64,000 nucleotides of DNA, taken from NCBI GenBank assembly GCA_002633005.1, contig NMRA01000025.1:1219160-1283159 (forward strand). Direction: 5' to 3'. The number at the start of each line of letters is the position of its first letter. The first letter of the stretch is position 1. The notes beneath the pieces were generated by a model. The model saw nothing but the letters and a program-made list of their open reading frames with translations, was not told where the DNA came from and did not search any database. This DNA comes from Phoronis australis (taxonomy: Eukaryota > Animalia > Phoronida). The translations under genes and the position numbers were made by a program. Shown here one piece after another: positions 39,710-51,400 of this stretch.

Positions 39710-39956
39710 CATGTGCGCACTCAGCTTTCAGTATGGCGGGCGCGAATTCCCGACGTTGTGGACCTTTTGGTAACAAAACAGCGGCCGATCAAAAAAAAAA
39801 ACGGGAGCACCACTTTGAATTGCGCGTTTGCACTTGTTTAGTGGACTTTTGTCTCATTTTCTCGGACTTTTTGTCTCTCAGAGGCGGACCATTTTGCCCA
39901 CTTCGCCAAATGGGGGGCTCGGTCGAGCCCCCCGAGCCCTATTGGGTGCGCGCATG
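39710..39956 (-). mobile_element. MITE family A copy, 5-bp TSD AAATA
   Basis: CATGTGCGCACTCAG...TGGGTGCGCGCATG in reverse orientation; AAATA at 39705-39709 and 39957-39961. Confidence 0.85.
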
Positions 39957-40028
39957 AAATAGAAATTATTAAAAAATAAACTATCGGTATTATTCAGATA
40001 ATCTAATCTCGCAATGCCAACAACATAA

Positions 40029-40041
40029 CGCCATCTAGTGG
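40029..40041 (-). promoter_or_regulatory. CTCF-consensus motif CCACTAGATGGCG
   Basis: Good match to the CCASYAGRKGGCR core; a similar motif lies at 55991-56003 and weaker ones near 46781 and 16593. Confidence 0.3.
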
Positions 40042-40547
40042 AAGCTTGCGGTATAATCGTGATGTTGAAAAAAGTGCGCTTTTCAAGTCATGTTGCACAT
40101 TCCTAGTTCTTCATATTTCATAGTAAACACGAAAGGCATCAAAATGATACAAAAAAGAAGCAAAAATTAACAGTGCCACTGTATGTGGAAGACAATACGT
40201 TACAATTTGAGGTGCTCACAATCCGAAACAAAAACGTTTACTTACGCCAGCGTAAGCAAATCAATAAACATAAAATAAAGCAGTTAAAACACAAAATTGA
40301 CATCGAACAAGAACAGTTTTCATAAGGATTTTTAGATCCCATAAAACGCATTAATTTAATTAAAAGTGGATTTTTAGTAACCATTGTAGCCTAAATTTTC
40401 CATTTGCCTGGTGCTTCTGTTTAAGCGGCTAGAACGGTAAAACTCAATTCTGTGACACCACAGTTTTGAAGATTCATAGTTGGCAAAGTCCAAAATTCAA
40501 ATATTTCAATTTCAGCAACCAAGCAAAACTGTGACGAACCCCTTTAA

Positions 40548-41860
40548 AGGCGAAGGCAACCTTTTTTCATGTCACTTTTCCAAAAATAAGGTCTGTTGAT
40601 TATCCCAGACATATTTTTCACTTAATAACAGCTTTTCGTAATTTAATTAATTTCTCGTTCTCTACTCCGGAAGTGACGTTTTGGGAGGCAAGAATTTCGC
40701 GCTAATTTTTTTTTCATACAGTCAGACTGTGAGAGCTGTCAAGTCAGTCATTTTTCTACCTCGGATGTGATAAGTTCGGTCGTCGTTTGCCTTTGTTTAC
40801 GAGTCAGCCAACATGCCACGCTGTTGCTGCGTACCAGGATGTACTCATTATCGTCTGTCACACGCGCTTTGGGTACCTTGCATCGCTTTCCAAAGGATGA
40901 CACACTTCGCCGTACTTGGCCAGTTCGTTCGTGTGAAGAACGTAGTGCTACCCGTCCACGCAACGTACAAAGCAGTGGCAAGCATTTTCAGCCTTCAGAT
41001 TACGACAGAGATGTGTACGCTGAATTGATGAAGGTCCCTGCGAAACAACGCCTAAAGAAGGGTTCCATACCGTCACTGTTGATTCAAGGCAGTGCCCCGT
41101 CGCCACCCCCGAGAAGTGCGTTTTTGAAGCGAGAAGCCTCGCAAGCTGTGGCCACTATAAACAGTGACTGGAACAACTTCATCTACTGTCACCCATGCCT
41201 CCGAACTTACCCCATAGCGTGCAATTCCAGGAACTAGCAGTGATTCCCCGTGTGCTGTTGTCTCAGAGCCTGTAAGCAGCCCTGCAGCGATGTAGAGTAG
41301 TGGGAGTGAATACAGGCCCAGTTTGACACCCAATGAAAAGGACAGTTCGTCATCATCCAATGAACAGATCTGTGAGCCTAAGTTTGATAAGTTTATTGTG
41401 GACTTGTATTGGAGCTATGTAGAAGGTGCCACGTGTGTGACGAGGGAGTCGCACGGCGGGATGTAAGCAGTTTGGGTGCTCAAGTCACCATCCACTGGGA
41501 GTGTGCCGCGGGACACTCGGGCAAGTGGGACAGTTCTTCCTCTGTACGTACTGAGACGATAATGTACATCTCGGTAGGCAGCAACAGCGTGGCATGTTGA
41601 CTGACTCGTAAACAAAAGCAAACGACGACCGAACTTATCACTACCGAGGTAGAACAATGGCTGACTCGGTTGCTCTCTTAGTCAGACCGTATGAAAAGAA
41701 ATTGGCGCGAAATTCTTGCCTCCCAAAACGTCACTTCCGGAGTAAACGACGAGTAATTAATTCAATTACGAAAAGCTGTAAATCAGTGAAAAATATGCCT
41801 AGGATAATCAACGAACCCTATTTTTGCTAAAAATGACATGATCAAAGGTTGCGTTCGCCT
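40548..41860 (+). mobile_element. Kolobok-type DNA transposon, internally deleted, ~310-bp TIRs, THAP-transposase remnant
   Basis: TTAA|AGGCGAAGGCAACC...GGTTGCGTTCGCCT|GTAA; TIRs at about 40548-40858 and 41553-41860. Frameshifted THAP domain: MPRCCCVPGC / LHRFPKDDTLRRTW / KHFQPSDYDRD..LKKGSIPS. It is followed by LCRRCHVC..GAQVTIHWECAAGHSGKWDSS, resembling the Cys/His region before the Kolobok catalytic core; the DDE core is absent. Confidence 0.8.
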
Positions 41861-42497
41861 GTAATACAAACTTTAATATATGCTTTCCTTGTGATTTATT
41901 CTGATATGTTGAGATAGAATTCACCGTTTCCATTGAAGATGTCACGCCACAAGTGGCTCACGAAGTCTTGCGTTTACGGAACAAACCCACGGTATCCCAT
42001 GTGTTAGCAAGTCTACGCCACTGGTTAAGCTCTTCCGATATCCCGCTTCTGCTTGCATGGTCTTTCTTGATTTTCGCAAACTCGAGGCAAGCCTTGCAGA
42101 ACGCACCCTGACTTCACTGAGAAATGTGAAACCAAGACTCCGGCAAACTAGTAGCGTAGTGGTCGCACAACATTTCTGGGATGATGCACCATCAAAGAAC
42201 CATAAAAATGCTCGTGAACTTGCCATGAATAGATTTTTTGCAGCTAGATTACAACTAATGTACACAAAGATGAACTTGTTTCGTCCGTTCTGCATTTATT
42301 TCTATCTTTACACGTGATTATCTCTGTTTCGTCAGGCATACGTCATGTTCTTCATGCAAACACATTAAAAAAAAACTCCCTTCCACTGCATATGTGAATG
42401 AATTAAGCTATAAGGTACACCTAACTAGAGAGCAATGAACAGTTTTCGCAAACGGGTCTTTTTCAGTAAAGGCTGATTTAAAGGGGAAGCTCCCGGT

Positions 42498-43391
42498 ATG
42501 ATCGCGCAACAAACAACTCTGACTGAACCAGGCAACGTTGCAGAGTTTCGCATAGCCTTGCCTTTAAGTACGGAAGAATACCAGCGCGGTCAGTTGTATT
42601 GTATCGCAGAAGCCAGCAAAAATGAGACGGGTGGAGGGGAGGGCGTGGAGGTACTGAAAAGTGAGGATTTTGATGAAACCAAAAACGTTCCTCCGTGGCC
42701 CCTACTCGGCGGCCGGTACACGGAGGGACAATACACATACAAAGTATATAAACTTTACAACAAAGTACCTGCAATCATACGCATGTTGGCGCCAAGAGGT
42801 GCTCTCGAGATACACGAGGAGGCGTGGAACGCTTATCCGTTTTGTAGAACGTTGATGACCAACCCAGTATATAAATCGGATGAGTTTTATATTCTGGTAG
42901 AGAGTTTGCATCTTTCAGATAAAGGTGAAACGGAGAATCCTCATCAACTTACAGGACAACGTATGAGCATGCGCCAAATCATTGACATCGATATTGCAAA
43001 GGAGGAAAGATATCCTTCAAAACAAGACTATGACCCGACTTCATTTAGGTCTGAAATTACAGGTCGTGGGCCGTTGTTGGACAATTGGCAACAAAGTAGC
43101 TCCCCTGTGATGTGTTGTTATAAACTTGTTAGCGTATGCTTTAAGAAATTTCTCATACAGAATAAAATCGAATCGGTCATCCTTAAGATCTACCGCCAAC
43201 TCTTCGCGAAATTTCACCGCCAGCTGTTCTGTACTATAGACCAGTGGCACGGGCTGAGCATGGACGACATTCGTCAACTTGAAGAATCCACAAAGGAAGA
43301 ACTTGAACAAGCTATAAAGACCGGGAAGGTGAAAGGCACAAAGATTGAAAAGGAGGGGGAAGAGGACCAACCTACTGGCACCCCATTATGA
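42498..43391 (+). CDS. Class I phosphatidylinositol transfer protein (PITP alpha/beta-like), intronless, 297 aa
   Basis: EFRIALPLSTEEYQRGQLY..EASKNETGGGEGVEVL, GQYTYKVY, HEEAWNAYPFCRT, TGRGPL, MCCYKLV, FHRQLFC.IDQWHGLSMDDIR; uninterrupted ORF. Confidence 0.93.
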   Translation: MIAQQTTLTEPGNVAEFRIALPLSTEEYQRGQLYCIAEASKNETGGGEGVEVLKSEDFDETKNVPPWPLLGGRYTEGQYTYKVYKLYNKVPAIIRMLAPRGALEIHEEAWNAYPFCRTLMTNPVYKSDEFYILVESLHLSDKGETENPHQLTGQRMSMRQIIDIDIAKEERYPSKQDYDPTSFRSEITGRGPLLDNWQQSSSPVMCCYKLVSVCFKKFLIQNKIESVILKIYRQLFAKFHRQLFCTIDQWHGLSMDDIRQLEESTKEELEQAIKTGKVKGTKIEKEGEEDQPTGTPL

Positions 43392-44610
43392 AGGTGGTGG
43401 AGAGGGTCGTCTGCTCTTTTTTCATTGAGAGACATTCAAACGTTCGTGTTTGTGTATTAGATCTAAAACGGTTTCACAACAGAGCTTTTATTTTCATAGA
43501 AACGAAAGTAAGCAGGTACATATTTACCATGGAAGGTAATTTGCCCCCAACGTCTGATCTGTTCTGGGTACTTTTTGTTGAATTAAGTGGAGTAACTGGT
43601 TTGAGCTAAGATGTTGCCTGATTATTTTCTCACATTTACGCAAAACGAATTTCACCGTAGTGTTTACTGTAAAAGGTCCACTCAAGTATGCATATGCAAG
43701 CAAACGTGCAACGCCACCTTTCAAAGGCTGAAAATATTGCTTTCCCGCACCACTAAATTCCAGTTTCCAAAGCCCATTCCCGCACCAGCTGACACCAAAC
43801 CCGTGGTACATATACCCACACTTCTGAGCTACTCAGTGAAACAACTTTAACCCCGGGGACCAGTTTCTGTGGCCGAACCTCTACTCCATGATGTTCATAT
43901 GTAATGTAGAATGGTAGCAACAACAGTGCCTGTGAAAATACTTAAAATCTGCGTTAAGATCTTGTTTAGTTTTCGGAAAATAATAATCAAATTTATCACA
44001 TCAAAGAAGTAAGGGCAAGAATCTTCAGGAACTGGTATTTTAGTATTCCCAGATTCAAGTGTTTGAAGCTTTCGTGTATTGCTATCGTCAGCGATGAACG
44101 TCGTCTACGGTCAATCAGAGCGCCGATGGGGATATTTCATCACTAAGCCTCAAATGGCTAAACCGATCAGCGCTATCTTTAGGCTTGGGGATGAGGCTGC
44201 ATGGGGTAGTTAACCTCTGCCGTTACCGGTGTCACGAAGAAGTTGTTGTCAAACAAATTTTCTCAATAACAAAATTACGTTCTCTGTTTCATTCCACAAT
44301 TAAAAGTGGAAGTGATAGAAATTTAAGAACCTACATGTGAACATGCTCCTACATATTATATAAACAACATTTATTCTGACAAGCAGAAACAACAAAGAAC
44401 ACAAAACAGTCACTTTGTTCTTGAAGCAAAATCAGTGAGCCAACATAATATTGCTATAAAACAGTGAATTACATCTCAGTTATAGCTTATAGAAACTCCA
44501 GGTACACGCAAATAGATGACATACCAAAGCTGACTGTTGGGTTCAGCCTCTGAGTGCTAGTTGCGTTGCGTAATTTTCACTAACAAATTACGAGTCAGGA
44601 ATGAATTAAG

Positions 44611-44611
44611 A

Positions 44612-44643
<32 letters not shown>

Positions 44644-44665
44644 ATGGATGGATGGATGGATGGAT
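44611..44665. repeat. (GGAT)n microsatellite
   Basis: Visible run. Confidence 0.95.
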
Positions 44666-45494
44666 CGATTGATGATACGTTAATTTGCCAAGTAGCTATA
44701 ATTAGAACAAAATAATCCAAAAGTAAATTGTACATTGTGCGACCTGCTGGCTCATAGAAAGCTGGACGTCAAAAACAGAGGCTACTCCTTCATGGGTACA
44801 TGTAACTGACATTTCGCATAGTACCACACTGTGATTACGTGAAGATGCAAAAACACAAAAATTTACAATCAAAATCAGACTAACTGCACATTATACGTGC
44901 TGGTGGAATGGTTATCGTAGCTAAGGAAGGGCTTTTACTAAAATGATAATCACTGACTGGGATGAAGCAGACAATTACGTGTGTTAGGGTTTGTCGTCCA
45001 TGTGACACGCCTCTAAGCACATTTACGTAACCTATCAAGTCCTGGGCTGTCACTGGACGATCAATGTACACGTGACCTATCAACAGGTTCGTGTGTACGG
45101 TATCCCCAAAATGACCACAAAATTAATTAATTAAAGTGGCCCAATGCACTGCTAGTTCTCTCAAAACCTTCGAATGATCCACAGAGCGAACACTTATCCT
45201 AAACTAGGTATCTCTGTTCTAACTGAACACAATTTACATTGAAGAAACCTCAGAAACGAACTATACATTCTGTCAAATATTCTACGCCTAGTCGTATCAA
45301 CTTAGTTGGAGCATCTTCGATATCTGGGTTGGAGCTACACAACTGCCTGTGTTTGGAGCTAGAACCCAATGCGTATTATTTTTTGCAATATGAATCAGCT
45401 GTGGCTCTTCTTAAATGACAAAACAAACTTTGGGATTCCACGAATAAAAAATACAAAATGACTGTTTCGCGGTATTCATAATTATTTAGAATAC

Positions 45495-48400
45495 TTAAGG
45501 ACGTATTCCTTCTATAATGGTCTGTAACTGATTTCGAGTCTCGCAGCTCAGGTTCAGTTTCGCCAGTGCTTCTTGAAAGTTACTCAACATTTTATCAGGA
45601 TTTCGTTGTTTCCAATCCTCACAAAGATGTATTACAACTTCCTCCTTCTCATTAGGGTGCCTGAAAAAGATAAGTTGAAGACCCAATGACCATTTCAGAG
45701 AGTCGGAACTCAAGAACCATTTGAGATTAGAAAATATTAAGCTATGTATCCGTATGTTCACCGGCTCGGGAATGAACATGAGACTATCAAGACATTTTTA
45801 ATTTACAAAAATGGCGTAAGAGTTCTGAAATAGTTGAAACCAGACTTACTTTGTCGGTCCTTGCAATTTCTAAAAAATTGAAGCTGAGTATCTAAACAGT
45901 TTCTCTATAGATAGGAAAACAATTGTAGTTAGAGACGAAATCTGAAAACATATCTTTGGTAAGTAATCGCCTTTTCCAAAACTATGTTCAGTCGTTAACT
46001 TGTATAACTGGCCTGCCTGCTGTTTCAATTTTAACGTGCTAAGTTCAAACACTGCGTTATTCAGCTTTCTTCACGTAAATTGTAGAGGAAATTGGCAGCC
46101 TTGTAAGTCCAGTCACCACACGGTAGTTCTCAGGACGATCTCAACATTGGAAAAATGGCTGAGTTGCATTGGGAGACTTGTTTTTGTCTTAAGTTGCCCT
46201 CCGTTTCCCAGAAGACGTTAATATGTGCTCAGACATTGTGAGAACAAGTTTATTGGGACAGTGCCCGTGGCGCCAGTATCCTGCCAGCTTAGGGAGGTAA
46301 CACAAGACCATGCACCAAGGCTGGCGTTTCATGAGTATCCTGGCAACTTCATTTAGTGCACACCATCAATACGTCATTAGTTAGAGTCGACAATGTTGAA
46401 TTATGGGAGAAATTTTTCATGAAATCACTATTCACTTTCAATAAGTCGATGGTTCTACCCACAAGTGAGGGGTTTCACTTGAAACACATATCCAAAATAC
46501 AAACTTTTACTCTCAGTTCAAAAGAATTTCCATCATACAAGAAACTTTAGGCTTCTAGTTTAGTTCAAACATCCCTGACAAATCTTGTGACACCCTTTCG
46601 ACAAGCCCAATAGAGGGGTGTGAAATTTCTTTGACCATAAAGGTAATGCAAATTTTTCACCATTAGTCAAATTTTCACTTTTCATTTTGAAATGTGCAGA
46701 ATGCCTTATGACAATGAAGGCCTAGGAGAAGCAGAGACACGTAACCCAAGTAATTTGCAGCGTCATGGGCAAAACATTTGTGACTAGGGGGCGCTTAAAT
46801 GGAAACGATCTCGGGAAAACGTAATTTGACGATGTTAAAATGCCTGTGTCCGGCTCAACATTTTCCCATCCTTCGGGACTGCACAGTGTGTGAAAGCTTG
46901 CGTCACTAAAACGCGACGCGATTCTTTGGAGTATGTTAATCAGTGCTTCTAGATGACAACGTCTTCCTAAACATCCAGTTCTTGAAATAGCAAGGGGGTA
47001 AAAAATCCAAGCAACAATAGTGTTTAGGGCAGCAGCTATCCGCCCGTTCCCAACACGATTTATCAAGATTCATATAGGACTCATAACTACTTTGGAATGG
47101 CGGCCTACTGTATAGCAAGAGTACATGAAGCAATCATTGCACGATTTACCTTTTTTCCACTCCATTTATCTCTCCCTCTTCAAAGCCCAAATTATTTCCA
47201 AATGACCTTATATCGGTTATCAACATTTTTCTGGCGAGAACGTCGACTAAGGTTGACCAATCGGCATCTGTCACGTCTTCAATAGGTATCGATGCTGCTA
47301 TCTGCCAATTGCAAAGTAATGTATTAAATCTCAGATTTTAATCTATTAAAACAGGCGCACAATGTTGCATTATCTGAAAATCTTGTATATGGCTGATTCA
47401 TTTATTGATAAACTATACCAAATGACAATACAAACTGTGAAGTTAATGACGACGCATGGTCACAGCAGCGACGCTGATGACTATGGTGACGTCATTGCAA
47501 TAATGATGACACTGAAATGACCTTTGACAGCCAAGAGCCGATGCGTGCGCATCCCAAAGCATAGGCTTGTGAGATGAGTCGATCAGTCTAGAGCCAAGGA
47601 ACGGTCGCATAAGCGATCGTCCTCTTGGTAACCTGGCAGCTGGTATTGAATAGACGATATCTGTTTACTTGTACATGTCAGTGAAATTTTGTCACTTTAA
47701 ATTGTAACAAACTTGAAGTGATCTCTCCAGTTCGTTTGTCTACATCAACTGGAGGTGCTGCTTTGGATGACCTGGCGATATCCCACAATCCTTCATGTAC
47801 ATGACGTATCATGCTATCCCCAAAAAGGTCGACGGTACCACGTCACATCAATAAAGATTGATGAATGTAAAAAGACGCACTTGCTGTCTAAACTTACTGG
47901 TTGTGGGTCTATTTTGATGTCATCCAGGCTGAACAACAAGTAAAATGAAGTTGACTTCGACTCTTCCTGACCATCGCCATTTTCGGAGAGAGATGTTGCT
48001 TTGATAGTGAGTTCAGTCTCAAAGTACTTCTCGGCGCTGTTGCTCTGCAGGAACCATTCGGCAACATCCACTGGTTTAATCTTACCAGCAAAATCTGCTG
48101 CGTCTATGCACTGAAAAACGAAGGTAGTTGTAGTAGACTGATTCTTTGAAATCACGACAGAAGTTGGAGTATTCACTGTTCATGAAAATGGACTAACTGG
48201 TGAAAATTTCTGACACAACTCGCAATATTAAGTCAATCAAAGTTAGCTCATTGGGTTAATGTAACAGAGAGATAAAAATGTTGATGATGAAATTCATTGA
48301 CAGCAAAAGTTGATACTAAACAATTATCTTGCTCTTTGCTTATAAAGCATGGTCAGTGAACAAGACACTAAATATTATGAAGATGGTGAAATACATGTTG

Positions 48401-51400
48401 TTTTGTGTATGTGACGTATCATGTAATGATTCCTTAGGATCAAACCGAAATATTCAGCAGTTTTGTATGAGAATGCATTTCATCATCAGAAAAAATGTTG
48501 TTTCTTTCATTCTGACGTCACATACAGTGCTAAACTAAGAAGCCTAGGACCAGATTTACGTTTTGTGGGATCCCATTACAGTTAGGTCAGGACTCCAGAT
48601 ATTAAATTTTTTAGGTACACATTGTCTACACCATCTATATGTAGGGAAATATTTTGGAAGTCCTTGGAAATTTGATAAACGCAGATTGCCAGAACTAAAA
48701 CATTCAAATTTTCAAAATTCATGTTCAATGGATAACTTTAGAGAACGTAACGCAGTTTGCTGAAGTTTTGATGCTGTTCATAAATTCATACAAAAATATC
48801 TCCACCTTATATCGAGTGGTTTCTTTGTGGAGTGCCCACGATGATGTCATCAATTACCGCTTTGTTTCCGTATTTTGAAATGACAATAGGGAACATGACA
48901 CCAACTGCTGCTCTTTTATTGTTTTATTTTGCAATAATACATCTTGCTCTCGGAGGGGCACCCCAATGCACTTCACCTGTTTTCATGCAATAACATATGC
49001 TATCATTTTCGTGAGTCTTCTTTCAGAAGAGGGCTCCGATGATGGAACCAAATATCACTCTTTCTTGTTTTTTTATTAGAGTAAACCTTTTTACATTAAG
49101 GAACCCCAGTCGTGACGTAAACTTCCTATCTTGTATTTTTTGGAATTGTAAACGTTTCGTCTTAAGGGAGCCCGCTGATGGAATGGAGGGGGTATCCTGA
49201 TGGAATAAACTGTTGTTCTTTGTCATGTGAAAGGTGTTTCTCGTTTAGAAGGAAACATTTTGAACTTTTTTCTTATTCATTGGCCCCACTCCGAGGGGGC
49301 CGACTGATTGCTCCAGCATTGAAGATGCCACTCGGTGATGGAATTGATTATTATATATCTATTTCAACATTTAAGGCTTGGCCCGCATGTTACATAAAAT
49401 TTTACAGGATAACGTTGAGCAGCTTTTCCCTGAGGGCAGTGGAGTGAAATACAAATTTCGCTAGATTAATCTGAGCAATAGGCTCAGACATTTTCGTTAG
49501 CTTAATTACAAATTTATGTTTATTTGGTTCACGCCAGCACCACTCAGGCATAAATGCAGTTCTCAGAGAGCAGTAGTTTTTACAAACACATATGAAATGG
49601 TATACATCTTCAATTAGGGATACACAGAAACAACACACGTGGTATTTTTGGTCCACAGGAGCATGTCTACCTTTTTCTGTCATCACGTTATGGTTGGAGC
49701 AACGTAATTTAGCTATAGCTGCTAAAAGGATATATGGGATATCACGCAACAGATATGATCACATTTCAAAATCAATTTTAAATGAGGAATATGTATTAAG
49801 TTTTGAGCTGTTCTCCACAGCAAAGTTCCAGTCTTGTAAAAAACAATCTTGAATTCGCTGCTCAAAAATGACAAGAACAGATGCTTTGCAGCCAATTCCC
49901 TTACTGTACCATACAAATCCAAAACTACATCTTATGCAGCAAATTCCTAACAGGTGAAGCCCATTTTTTCCTACTAGCCTCATCCAATGTGACAAGCTTG
50001 TCATAGGCGGATTTTGGATTTCGATGTACAGGCATTTTTAACAATTTAAACCAATACTTGATCAGTTTAACAAAAAGCTTTACATAAATTGGATACCTTC
50101 CCAGTTCTCCCAGGACAATATGATTTGGACAGTAACTTCCAACCCCTAGCAGTTGCTTAAAGAATTTCAATTTGGACGCGCTCGATACTAGAATATTCTT
50201 TAAATCCCCAAACCTCAATTCCATAGCTAATGATTGGGTATACCATTATCAAAAATCTCGAGCGCAATTTTCGGTGAAAATCGTCCACATTTTTACTGAA
50301 AACGTTTAATTGAAAAAATTGCTTTCTGTACCTGGTGAGAAAGTTTCTGTAGCCACTCAGTGATGGAATTAATTATTCGGTGGTTTGGTTCCAATTAAAC
50401 ATAACTCTACTTGCTACCTCAGTCGTGGTTCATAACAACATTGGAAAACCATCTTTTCACAGAAAATTTCCGGAGACCTTATCTGTCAAACGGATATCTT
50501 TCATAGGACCTGTTTTTTTAAGATTCCTCCAAATAATGTCATATTTCTTCGGTTTCCACACTTGTGTTGATACTCGTAAAGTGTATGTTATTGTAGTTTA
50601 GCCTGAGCGCGTATTTCGGCCTAAGCGCCTATATCTGAAGCAGTGTTTTTTTAAATATTTTTGCGCTTCAATTTTCATCGCGCAAAGACGCAAACGCCAA
50701 ATCGTTATTTATATACACACGTACATATTTAAAATATTACTTTTTGTGCATTATTAATACATTTCAGGTAAGAATAATTAATTTTCACTTAATAAATCTT
50801 CTTTTTTGTTTCTTGGTTACGCGTACAAATCGAACTCGGATTCAAGTGCAAGTTTACTTAGAGTCGTACAGGCTTAAAAACGTCGTTCTAATTGCACCTA
50901 ATAAAGACATGATCGTTGTTAATTTTATGTGAGACACCAATAATTTTTATTCCAGTTTGATAGTGTTTTAAAGGAAATAAAAAAAAATTCTAACTGATTT
51001 CACACGTGAACATTGCAAATAAATGAAGCGAAAGGGGGGATCGAGGCAATACGTTAGGCATTCGTTTAAAGTCCTATCAGATTATGTATGGGTCAAAAAC
51101 CACAGCAAATATGAGAAAAACATACCTGTTCAAGTGGCAATGAACTGGTAATAGAGTCGAAGTTCTTGGGACGAAGGGTAAAGAGAAACTTTGTTTCCGG
51201 AGTCACTCTGTTTGGGAGTCGTAGTTCCTTTTTATCGTCTTGTACGTAGCCATCGATTCTCATTTCGTTGTTAAATTTCTGGTGGAATTATTTGAAATTA
51301 CACAACAGCAATTTATGTTTCAATATCCGTAGTGAGCAGCAATGTGGTTTAAAAAAACACGATAGTCGTAAATCTGAAATCCAAAACTAACTTAAGGGAC

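Noticed and set aside
41942-42317. Overlapping 117-aa and 86-aa ORFs upstream of PITP
   Set aside because: No recognisable motif or splice structure; probably promoter or UTR sequence.
48111-48176. 5' part of ORF 47814-48176 as coding
   Set aside because: Its upstream acceptor is phase-incompatible; the acceptor ccttcgtttttcag at 48111 gives the correct phase-0 join.
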